Program-made: the position numbers and the translations under genes | Notes under the pieces: model-generated | Told to the model about the DNA's origin: nothing | The model's input: only the letters and a program-made list of their open reading frames with translations | Databases searched by the model: none | In this document: piece by piece, positions 38,983 through 47,308 of the stretch | Layout: each line of letters opens with the position of its first letter | Position numbering within the stretch: position 1 is the first letter of the stretch | Assembly: GCA_002418965.1 (NCBI GenBank) | Contig: DIFD01000012.1 | Span: forward strand, 21,845-85,844 | Length of the DNA stretch: 64,000 nucleotides | Source of the DNA: Peptococcaceae bacterium UBA5757 | GTDB lineage: Bacteria; Bacillota; Dehalobacteriia; UBA4068 | Direction: 5' to 3'

Positions 38983-39516
38983 TTATATCGCAAGACTTTG
39001 CTCAAGATAGTATTTATATTCCATAACTTCTTTTACATAAGGGTCCTGGTCATAAGAACCATGATCTTCTGTATAACTGCGGCACCCCTCAATTCCTCTT
39101 TGTATTGACAGTAACATCAGGTAATAGACCGACTCATCCGGATAGTCCAGATTGGCCCAATAGTCCCTAAGGTAAGCCAATCTTTCTATTTCTATTTTAA
39201 GATCATCCATTTTCATGTCCTGAATATCTTCTATGTGAAAAATTGCCAAAACCAACTCATAGGACAAATGGTTTTCTTCACACAGTTTCCCGATATCACG
39301 CTGTGTGGTTTCTGAGAAAGGTGTTTCATAGATAGGTACTTCGTAATCATTCACATCGACGACAACAGTATTAATTGGTATTTCATCACTACTGGCATAG
39401 GTTTTTTCTTCCCCGGGAAAAGTGAGCGCGCAAAATGGTATTAAGATCAAAATTAGAATTACAGCTGTATATTTGGGCCATCCTTTGTTAATTAGCATAC
39501 TTTCCATCCCCTTCAT
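38983..39516 (-). CDS. hypothetical secreted or membrane-anchored protein (177 aa)
   Basis: N-terminal hydrophobic segment; no recognisable domain; immediately downstream of TetR operator P1. Confidence 0.45.
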   Translation of the reverse strand: MKGMESMLINKGWPKYTAVILILILIPFCALTFPGEEKTYASSDEIPINTVVVDVNDYEVPIYETPFSETTQRDIGKLCEENHLSYELVLAIFHIEDIQDMKMDDLKIEIERLAYLRDYWANLDYPDESVYYLMLLSIQRGIEGCRSYTEDHGSYDQDPYVKEVMEYKYYLEQSLAI

Positions 39517-39552
39517 GCCACTGCCACCCCGATACCCTTCTCCTAATGAATA

Positions 39553-39592
39553 TTATTTTATATGAATGAGAACTCATTCATATAAAATAATA
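39553..39592. promoter_or_regulatory. operator-like palindrome P1
   Basis: ATTATTTTATATGAATGAG-AA-CTCATTCATATAAAATAAT, near-perfect; upstream of 38983-39516 and downstream of tetR. Confidence 0.6.
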
Positions 39593-39707
39593 GATAACCG
39601 AGCTTTTGGGGTCTGTGGTACGACTTGCATCGGTATAGAGTATCCTTTTTATCGTATTCTTTGGTTTATCTTACGTCGAGCATAAACCATGTCTATATCC
39701 AATTAAG

Positions 39708-40274
39708 TTATTTTTTGATACCGTTAATAATAAATGTGATGATTTCTTCAAAATCTTTATATTGCTTGTCGTTTCTATCCTTAACTTGCATCAAATAGGC
39801 GGTATCTCTTCCAACAAAAAAGATTACTGAACCAAAAATCTCGGTATCGATATCCCTGATTTGCCCTTTTTGTTTTGACTCATCCAGCATTTTGTGGAAT
39901 ATTTCCGGCACCCCAAATGAATCCTTCTGCATCCCATCCAATTTCTTTTCGAGTACGCCTCCGCCTTCCTGAGATAAGACCTTTGCCAAGTCCGGGTTAT
40001 TCTTTAATTCTTCAAAGTGGAATTCTAATATTTTTTTTATCTTATCTAAGGGCGGCATATCCTTTTTTTCAAGTTTTTCACTAAAGGAAACAATTCTTTT
40101 ATGCTGAGACTCAAATATATAATCAAGAATTTCGTCTTTGTTTTTAAAGTATATATACACAGTCCCAACAGCGACTTCGGCATCGTCGGCAATCGCCTGA
40201 ACCTTTGTCTTGTAAAATCCCTCTTCCGCCATAATTTTTGTCGCTGATAAGCGGATAAGATCCTTCTTTTTCAT
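39708..40274 (-). CDS. TetR/AcrR-family transcriptional regulator
   Basis: N-terminal HTH (..TKVQAIADDAEVAVGTVYIYFKNKDEIL..). Confidence 0.85.
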   Translation of the reverse strand: MKKKDLIRLSATKIMAEEGFYKTKVQAIADDAEVAVGTVYIYFKNKDEILDYIFESQHKRIVSFSEKLEKKDMPPLDKIKKILEFHFEELKNNPDLAKVLSQEGGGVLEKKLDGMQKDSFGVPEIFHKMLDESKQKGQIRDIDTEIFGSVIFFVGRDTAYLMQVKDRNDKQYKDFEEIITFIINGIKK

Positions 40275-40367
40275 AATTGCTCCTAACTCGGTTTCGAAAT
40301 TTTTTAATTTTCTGAATTTTTTACAATATTTGTTGACGAAACCAATCCAAATTCATTTGCCGATGAA

Positions 40368-40409
40368 TATTGTTTCATATGAATGTAAACTCATTCATAT
40401 GAAACAATA
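40368..40409. promoter_or_regulatory. operator-like palindrome P2 (18-6-18) in the tetR leader
   Basis: TATTGTTTCATATGAATG-taaact-CATTCATATGAAACAATA. Confidence 0.65.
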
Positions 40410-40489
40410 CAAATATTGGGCTTTTAGGGTCAGCAATACGACTTGTACGCTATGCGAGCAAGTCGACTAGATTAACTTTTAATAAGTTG

Positions 40490-40685
40490 TTTAAATGTTC
40501 TAAATCTTCTGATATCATTATAGCACACTTTCGGCTTGAATGATATCTTTATATTTATTCACAAAAGGGGCGCTGTGGTAAGATTGAGGAATTATTCTTT
40601 TCCCGTTATGCGCGTATCGGGATTTAAGCGCCTTCAAGCATAGTAATACGCCTGTATGATCGAAAATTCCCCTCCGGATAACTAC
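40490..40685 (-). repeat. copy A of a ~190 bp conserved promoter-proximal module (ends in an extended -10 TGCTATAAT on the minus strand)
   Basis: Shares blocks with 45820-46072 (TTATCCGGAgGGG, ACTATGcTTGAAGGCgCTT, GCGCATAAC, CCCCTTtTGtGAATAAATATAAaGATATCATTCAAG, AGTGTGcTATAaTGA..TCAGAAGATT); substitutions between copies are not 3rd-position biased. Confidence 0.6.
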
Positions 40686-40837
40686 CACCCAATCTAATCC
40701 TTCCGTAAATGAATCTTGCTTCACTTTGCTTAGATCATTGATATTCTATTATTTGTATTTTCCCCCAAATTAAACAATAAAATATAATCATACAAATACC
40801 TGATTTCCAGTTATCATAAAAAGCATAAAACCCTAAA

Positions 40838-40870
40838 CACAAAAAGAGCCCCGAAGGGCTCTTTTTGTGT
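40838..40870. terminator. bidirectional terminator
   Basis: CACAAAAAGAGCCC-cgaa-GGGCTCTTTTTGTG. Confidence 0.8.
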
Positions 40871-40899
40871 TAAAGATTAAATGAAACTAGATGTTTTAA

Positions 40900-43458
40900 T
40901 TATACGGTAGGTGTGAAATTGACAATGAACACATACTGTAAATTCGCATATGCAATTCCGTCATCCGTTGTGATGGCAAACAAACCGTAACTGGTGTCAT
41001 CATCATAATCATAGATGTCGCCTACGGTGATTTCGCCGTCATCGATTACATAGAATACGGTGTCATTAGTGGTTGTATAATTGACTCCATTAATCGTAAT
41101 AATCGGATTGGATTCGTTTACAACTGACGCAGTATATGGTGCGTTACCATTGGCAACCAAATCGTTGTCACCCAAAGAGGTGCCATCTATGGTCAATACA
41201 GTTCCGTCGACTTCGACAATCGTGTCAACAATCGACAATTCGCCACCGGAAACAGCGTACATCACAAATTGTGTATCCACATAAGCTGCAAAACTGCTGT
41301 TTGTGGTGTATTCACTGCCGCCCAATAGGGTTGCATACCATTTACCACTGCGATATTCCACATCATCTACAACACCAAAGGCAGAGGCGCTGTTGAGGTC
41401 AGTGTCAAGCATAAAGATCTGGCCGACTACACCATTTTCAACAAATGCAAGCACATCACCGGTAATCGCATCAGCTGCTTTAAGGTCTGCAACGTCAATG
41501 ACTTCTGCGTCATCAAATCCATTAATGTCAGTCGTGGTCTGGAACACCAAGGTGTCATTCGTAAGGGTGTAGTAAACACCATCAAGATTGATACGATTGC
41601 TGTTGATGTCGTTTACGCCGGAATCAACAACTGTATCACCGGGTGCTGCTGCCAAGCCAGCCGTAGTAGGATCGACCAGCATGGTGATATCATCGGTATC
41701 AATGGTGCCATTTTCGGATACTTTGGCTTCAATGTAGGAACCGAATGTGACATCATTTAAATTGGCTGCTGATATTACAGAGAACTGGGCGTAAACGGGG
41801 CGAGGATCGTCACCTTTGACTATGGTATAATCAACTTCTTCGCCGTCCGCACCCAAAACTGTAAGTCCGGAAACAGCACCGTCAATATTGGCTTTGATAT
41901 CTGTTACGATACCATAGAGCGTATTGGTGGCATCTTCACCGGTAAATACAACCAGATCAAGATCATATGGGTTGAGTAATTTGGATGCGTATTTTACGTT
42001 GGTGCCATAGGCGCTATCCAACGCTTCCATGGATAAAGCTACAAAGTCTGTTGCCATCTGATCATCGCTAAAGTAAGAAGCGTTTGCTGTAACAGCATTA
42101 TTTACCCAAACCAAGCCTGTGCCGGCAATCGTTAATTTAGTTGCCGTAGCTTTGCTCAGTTCGCCTACCTTAAAGGAAGTTACGATAAAGGTTAGGTCGG
42201 AACCATTGGCGGCTGGTACTGCATTGAGAATATCTCCATCTTTCAAATTGCTGGCTGTAATGAAATAGCCCGCTTTTAAGAAGGCAACATCTTTATCAGC
42301 AATGGAGATGTTGGAGGAACCAGCGCCGGCATAAACTTCCAGCCTGTTTGTATTCGTATTATATTTTTTGAAGACTGCAGGGGTAGTTCCCAGTCCTGCA
42401 AGGTTTTGCACTAAATAGACTTTGCCATCTTCATTATAGTAAACCTTGGCAGCGGTATAATCTCCTGCAGAAGGAGCGACAACATCGTCTGCAAGTTTAA
42501 CGGTTTTGCCGTCAACTTCAATACTGGTGACAGAACCAACGATGGTTACATCATCGGAATAAACTGTGGTGGATGTAACATCGATGTAAACGATTTCGTC
42601 ATCACTATTGTAAATCAGAGTGGCTTGGGCATTGCCCAAGGTATTGATCACATAACCATTGGAAATCCAGTATTTTGTGGCTAATTCGTCATTGGTTGCA
42701 TTAGAGTCAATATACAGTTCTTGATCCGCAAAATCATCGAAGCCCCAACCCTCAATTGTGACATCATCAGTATAACCACCGAATCTGTCCTGCAAAACGG
42801 TCATCGTTTCGTCATCGGAATTGAGATCCTCAACATGTCTTGCTTTGTCGGCATCCCAGTAAACAACATTGACATCCAATAAATTGGCCGCCATCACTGC
42901 AACGGAAGCGCGGGTTGCTGCTGCGGCACCAGAGAAAGACACATCATCGGTAATGCCGAGTTTACCGCCCTGTGCAATGTAGTCCAAGGGCCAAGGACCA
43001 ACCAGATTGTCCGTGTAGCCGGCAATACGCAGCAAAACGGTCAATGCTTCCTGCATTGAGATATTGCTGTTGGGCTTATAGGTACCATCCGGATAACCCT
43101 TGATGAAACCCTGGCTGGTTGCCAGATTGATCCACCCGGTGTACCATGCACCCTTCGCAACATCACTGTACTTGGAAGGATTGTTGATTAAAATGTTTGC
43201 AGAATCTTGCATACCCGCAAGCACGCAGGTGATTTTTGCAAACTCCGCCCTGGTGATGTTACTGTTGGGACGGATTGTCCCATCCAAATAACCATCGAAG
43301 ACGTCAAGCGCGGTCAGTTTCATGAAAGCGTCCTGTACCGTTTGGTCCTGGCCACTAAAATCAGGATAAGCGCTGTTTAATGTATCTGCTGCCAACGCCG
43401 TTGTGGCAAAACCGAAGATCATAACTATAGCAATAAGTACTACTAATAGCTTCTTCAT
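40900..43458 (-). CDS. S-layer protein with three N-terminal SLH domains
   Basis: Signal peptide; SLH repeats (..FSGQDQTVQDAFMKLTALDVFDGY.., ..ITRAEFAKITCVLAG.., ..SMQEALTVLLRIAGY..); long Thr/Val/Asp-rich beta-rich remainder. Confidence 0.8.
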   Translation of the reverse strand: MKKLLVVLIAIVMIFGFATTALAADTLNSAYPDFSGQDQTVQDAFMKLTALDVFDGYLDGTIRPNSNITRAEFAKITCVLAGMQDSANILINNPSKYSDVAKGAWYTGWINLATSQGFIKGYPDGTYKPNSNISMQEALTVLLRIAGYTDNLVGPWPLDYIAQGGKLGITDDVSFSGAAAATRASVAVMAANLLDVNVVYWDADKARHVEDLNSDDETMTVLQDRFGGYTDDVTIEGWGFDDFADQELYIDSNATNDELATKYWISNGYVINTLGNAQATLIYNSDDEIVYIDVTSTTVYSDDVTIVGSVTSIEVDGKTVKLADDVVAPSAGDYTAAKVYYNEDGKVYLVQNLAGLGTTPAVFKKYNTNTNRLEVYAGAGSSNISIADKDVAFLKAGYFITASNLKDGDILNAVPAANGSDLTFIVTSFKVGELSKATATKLTIAGTGLVWVNNAVTANASYFSDDQMATDFVALSMEALDSAYGTNVKYASKLLNPYDLDLVVFTGEDATNTLYGIVTDIKANIDGAVSGLTVLGADGEEVDYTIVKGDDPRPVYAQFSVISAANLNDVTFGSYIEAKVSENGTIDTDDITMLVDPTTAGLAAAPGDTVVDSGVNDINSNRINLDGVYYTLTNDTLVFQTTTDINGFDDAEVIDVADLKAADAITGDVLAFVENGVVGQIFMLDTDLNSASAFGVVDDVEYRSGKWYATLLGGSEYTTNSSFAAYVDTQFVMYAVSGGELSIVDTIVEVDGTVLTIDGTSLGDNDLVANGNAPYTASVVNESNPIITINGVNYTTTNDTVFYVIDDGEITVGDIYDYDDDTSYGLFAITTDDGIAYANLQYVFIVNFTPTV

Positions 43459-43674
43459 ATTTTTTCCCCCTTATTAAAGTATATTTTTTCTTTCTAAAGA
43501 CTACTCTTTAGAAGCTTTTTCTATTTTAAACAAAAGATATAAAACAGTTTGCACATGCCATAGACCAGACATTTTCCCCTAAGCAGAATCGCATTATCAG
43601 CAAAGATAATTACCTCATTTTGCCCATTAAATTTATTATGATTAAAAACTAATCTTTGGATTAAACCAAAAGGC

Positions 43675-43824
43675 TTATTTGTTGATAAGAATCAGAACCC
43701 CGGTAGCAATAGCTATGACAGCCATTATCATTGCAGGAATTGGAATACTAACCAATTGCATGATGCCACCTAAAATGAGCCAGATTGCCAGCAATATCAT
43801 CCAAACCTTCTTGGTAATTTTCAT
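43675..43824 (-). CDS. 49 aa two-helix membrane protein (MKITKKVWMILLAIWLILGGIMQLVSIPIPAMIMAVIAIATGVLILINK); absent from the ORF track
   Basis: GGAG RBS 8 nt upstream; opposite strand to a spurious 73 aa ORF. Confidence 0.4.
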   Translation of the reverse strand: MKITKKVWMILLAIWLILGGIMQLVSIPIPAMIMAVIAIATGVLILINK

Positions 43825-44230
43825 GGTGCCCACTCCTTTGTTTTATGTTACTCAGGGTGCTATCCTAGTATCTACATATGTCTCGCCAAGCTGTCTCTAA
43901 AGGCAGTACTCCTGGGCAAAAGATGCTAAGCTGTCCATCAGCAACATCTTTGACTCTACCGGCCGGAAGAATTAAGCATCCGCTGAAACAATTTTTTGCC
44001 TTAAGGTAATTTTAATAAAACTACGATAACTGCTATTACTAAAAGAGCGTGCATAAACTTATTAAAAGCATTCGTAGTAACTACCCCTGAAGCCATGCGA
44101 CTTACCGGAAAAATGTCAACTATCCATTACACAGTTTATACCCCTTCATAATACTATTTTGAACGAGTTCTACTTGCCGGATAAATGAACCTTAACTTTG
44201 GCATAAATGAGGAGCTTGCTTGATTAATAA

Positions 44231-44593
44231 TTATTTTGTCTGATTGTCATGACCCGTGTATTCGGTTTTTTCAGAATAGTTGCCGATGCGCGGCTTGATC
44301 AGCTTTAGCACAACCCAGGCAATCAGGGCGATGACCACCATCGCAATCAGGGTTGCAGGCTCAAAGACCGTGATCCTGGGGAAAATACCTTCGAAGATTC
44401 CAACAAAAAACTGACTGACAGCATATATGCTATGCACAAAACCATTATCTGGGTTTGCCCCCAGCAGTTTGAAGATCAAGCGAAAGGCCAGGATAGCTTC
44501 GATTAGACCGAAAATGGCGTATATAATACGTTGTGCAGTACGGCTTTCCTGTTTGGTATTGAATATCTCTGTTTTTTTAGTCATTTGTTCCAT
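44231..44593 (-). CDS. YggT-like small membrane protein
   Basis: ..IIYAIFGLIEAILAFRLIFKLLGANP..FVHSIYAVSQFFV.. resembles YGGT repeats. Confidence 0.45.
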   Translation of the reverse strand: MEQMTKKTEIFNTKQESRTAQRIIYAIFGLIEAILAFRLIFKLLGANPDNGFVHSIYAVSQFFVGIFEGIFPRITVFEPATLIAMVVIALIAWVVLKLIKPRIGNYSEKTEYTGHDNQTK

Positions 44594-44670
44594 TGTTTAC
44601 ATCTCTCTCTATCATCTAACGTTTTTTCTTAATTACTTGCTTTTTCTTAGACGCTTACCTTATTGCTGTT

Positions 44671-45264
44671 CTATTTTGGCTCTTCGCTCGGTTCAGTTTC
44701 AACAACCGTATCAAGATGCTGATTCTTTAAGTTAATGATTCTTGCGTAGACTGTATCTTCTTTTTCACTCACCTTTAGCTGCTTGTCCAAAGCAAAATCG
44801 TTCAAAGTGATCGCGTCACCCAACTTCTTTTCTGATACATCGAAATATATGGCGTCAAGCATCAAATCCATCTTCCCCAAAACATTTATCTCGGATTTGT
44901 ATACCTGCAGCTGCAATTGTCTTTGCTGCAAATCTTCCTCACCGTTAAAGACAATAGGAATCTGAAGTTTGACCTCCTGGTCTTTTGAGACGATCTGAAA
45001 ATCTATATGAATAATATTACCTGACACAGGATCTTTTTGCACTTCTTTAATAAACCCGAACTTCTTCTTATTGTTAAACTTAATCCATGTCTTTGCATTA
45101 GAGCCATGGATGGTAAAAACTTTTTTTAAAGCTGATGTCTCAAAGTTTACCAAAGTTGCCCCGGCAAAATTATCTCCGTAAAACACACCGGGAACAAAAC
45201 CGCTTTGTCTGAATTTTCCCGGTTGTTTCGTTCTGGCTATTGCCTGTAAATAGATCTCTTCCAT
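44671..45264 (-). CDS. rplY: 50S ribosomal protein L25 / general stress protein Ctc
   Basis: L25 N-domain plus Ctc C-domain, 197 aa. Confidence 0.85.
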   Translation of the reverse strand: MEEIYLQAIARTKQPGKFRQSGFVPGVFYGDNFAGATLVNFETSALKKVFTIHGSNAKTWIKFNNKKKFGFIKEVQKDPVSGNIIHIDFQIVSKDQEVKLQIPIVFNGEEDLQQRQLQLQVYKSEINVLGKMDLMLDAIYFDVSEKKLGDAITLNDFALDKQLKVSEKEDTVYARIINLKNQHLDTVVETEPSEEPK

Positions 45265-45347
45265 AAAAATCCTCCTCTTTTAGCCTATGTGAGAATTATT
45301 CTTTACTAATTGAAGACTAAAACAATTTTTTATATATTCTCTGGGGA

Positions 45348-45665
45348 TTATTTAAAATTTTCTGTTGCTTTAGAAAATGCTTCCTTAAGCTCATTCAGTG
45401 CATTTTCAGTTCCTTTTTTCATATCTGCCCAGGAGCTTTCGCCGGCCTTCGCAAGTTGCTCATATTTTTCCTTCAAACCGTCCCTTTTAGCCTCAAGCTT
45501 CTCCACTTGATTAAGATATTCCAGTTTCACATCCACATTAACCTCATTAGCCTTGGCACGTATCCCTGCTAATTTAGCATTATATTGCTCCATCTGGGCA
45601 TTGGTTTTTTCTAAATATAAATCACGTTTTTCCATTTTTATAATCATTCCTTTCGTTTTCCTCAT
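45348..45665 (-). CDS. small coiled-coil protein of unknown function
   Basis: Heptad-rich K/E sequence; start choice uncertain (three ATGs in the first 11 codons); operator P3 lies in its promoter. Confidence 0.45.
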   Translation of the reverse strand: MRKTKGMIIKMEKRDLYLEKTNAQMEQYNAKLAGIRAKANEVNVDVKLEYLNQVEKLEAKRDGLKEKYEQLAKAGESSWADMKKGTENALNELKEAFSKATENFK

Positions 45666-45734
45666 TTGTTTTTATCGCCAACTCTCCCTTTTGAACTTTA
45701 GACCATACTATAAATGAATGTATAATTATTTTCA

Positions 45735-45754
45735 TGAATGATGGCTCATTCATA
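45735..45754. promoter_or_regulatory. operator-like palindrome P3
   Basis: ATGAATGA-tggc-TCATTCAT, plus an extra half-site AATGAATG 15 nt upstream. Confidence 0.55.
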
Positions 45755-45819
45755 TTGGTTGCAGCGAGAATCCAATTTTTGTGTCAAAAATCGACTTGGC
45801 CACAGCGTAACTAAATCGT

Positions 45820-46072
45820 TTAAATGCTCTTTAGTTTATATTTTTGAATATTCTTAATCTTCTGATATGATTATACCATACTTCTGATTTTTTTGAATTT
45901 TCTTAATCTTCTGACGTTAGTATATCACACTTCACTCTTGAATGATATACTTATATTTATTCATTACGAGGGGTTCGCCACTATGGGATTGGGTGTTATG
46001 CGTGCATCCGTATTCAAGTGCCTTCAACCATAGTATTGCGATTGTTTGATCAAGAAGTCCCATCCGGATAAG
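45820..46072 (-). repeat. copy B of the ~190 bp conserved promoter-proximal module, with a 44 bp internal tandem duplication carrying two -10-like boxes
   Basis: See copy A; duplicated unit TTTTGAAT(A/T)TTCTTAATCTTCTGA(T/C)(A/G)T(G/T)A(T/G)TATA(C/T)CA(T/C)ACTTC. Confidence 0.6.
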
Positions 46073-46169
46073 CGAGGAAATAAACACCGAATGTGATATG
46101 TCTTGCGAAATTGCCATGATTCAGCCGGTAGCAAAAATTGGGCAATACCTGCATGAAAACATCAGCCTA

Positions 46170-46252
46170 TTTTAATCAAAATAAAAAGTCCTGCAAACAA
46201 TATTTCTACAGGACTTTTCTTTGCTTATGGATGCAGGACTTGAACCTACACG
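46170..46252 (-). repeat. copy d of the conserved module plus covarying terminator hairpin family (minus strand)
   Basis: Minus strand: TGTAGGTTCAAGTCCTGCATCCATAAGCAAAG + AAAGTCCTG..CAGGACTTT + TTTATTTT; the module here contains a tRNA T-arm-like GTAGG-TTCAAGT-CCTGC. Confidence 0.65.
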
Positions 46253-46519
46253 CATGGAGTGCAAATCACAGTCAAGGACAACTCCCCGGCTTTTAGGTGG
46301 TATACGGCGCAACTTGTCATCGCTACTCAAAGCCCGATGGAAATCACCATAAAAGACCACCTCTAAAACATCGCCGGCTATTTTTAATCCTTAACAATCT
46401 TCGGACTATACCAACTATGGGTTTATAGAACATGCCCTCTATTTCTTTACTGACAATTTTCAGCTGTTCGCAAATGGTTATTTTTTAAGGGCAATGACTC
46501 TCGCATTTACCGCATTGCC

Positions 46520-47150
46520 TCACAGGATTTGCATATATTTAAGCTGAGATCCCCTGTCCTTGATTAAATACTTGTCATTATAGCAAGAAAAGCAGCCCGG
46601 TATATCCACCCCAGCCGGGCAAGGCATACAATAACCGCAACCGGTACAGGGAATCTTGGTTTTTTCTCTTAAAACTGCTTTTACCTGTTCAAAAACATTT
46701 AGTTCTTCTGGTGTAAGGGAATCAGGTTTTGCTTCACCCGCGATGCGGATGTTTTCTGCTACTTGCGCTTCGTCGCTCATACCTGACAGCAGCAGTGTCA
46801 CCTGAGGGTGATTCCAAACCCAACGCAATGCTCATTCGGTAGGTAAACGGCTTGCATTATAGCCTTCAAATGTCTTCTTTACCTTTTCAGGCAAATGGGT
46901 TACCAACTTGCCACCTCTGAGCGGTTCCATAACGATGACCGGAATTCCCAAACTTGCTGCAACCAACAATCCTGACTTTGTCGCCTGGTTATTTTCATCC
47001 AAATAATTATATTGAATCTGGCAGAAATCCCATGGATACGCTTTTACGATCTGCTCAAAGTCCGACTTACTGCCATGAAATGAAAAGCCAATATCTTTGA
47101 TTATCCCTTGGGCTTTTAAACCTTCTAACCATACTTGGGGTTATGAGGGA
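46520..47150 (-). pseudogene. aldo/keto reductase with a C-terminal 4Fe-4S ferredoxin domain, 5'-truncated and interrupted by an in-frame TGA
   Basis: Minus-strand translation ..GFSFHGSKSDFEQIVKAYPWDFCQIQYNYLDENNQATKSGLLVAASLGIPVIVMEPLRGGKL..RLPTE*ALRWVWNHPQVTLLLSGMS..IPCTGCGYCMPCPAGVDIPGCF; the N-terminal ~150 aa are missing and the TGA is at 46832-46834. Confidence 0.6.
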
Positions 47151-47308
47151 AGGCCGTTACTTAATGTAACCTCTGACAATATACAATAATCGCCGGTAAT
47201 CTGGGGTTATCAAACCCCGTGACTTCCGGCGATTTCTTATTATTTATGGCAATCTCTGATGCAGATAAACATCAGCTTGTGGGTTTTATTCAGCAAAATA
47301 TTAAGAAT

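Noticed and set aside
40518-40724. 68 aa minus-strand ORF and its paralog at 45932-46117 (61 aa); their peptides share R.G..D.T...L.LKAL and NKYK.IIQ
   Set aside because: Differences between the two DNA copies fall equally on codon positions 1, 2 and 3, the middle has a 12 nt indel in a divergent stretch, and there is no RBS. The similarity is explained by the conserved non-coding promoter module instead.
43679-43900. 73 aa plus-strand ORF
   Set aside because: It has no RBS and odd composition; the opposite strand carries a well-formed 49 aa membrane-protein gene with an RBS (43675-43824).
46225-46260. tRNA-like T-arm (GTAGG-TTCAAGT-CCTGC) on the minus strand, considered as a tRNA gene or att site
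   Set aside because: No acceptor stem, D-arm or anticodon arm can be built around it. It is the conserved block of copy d of the terminator-module family.
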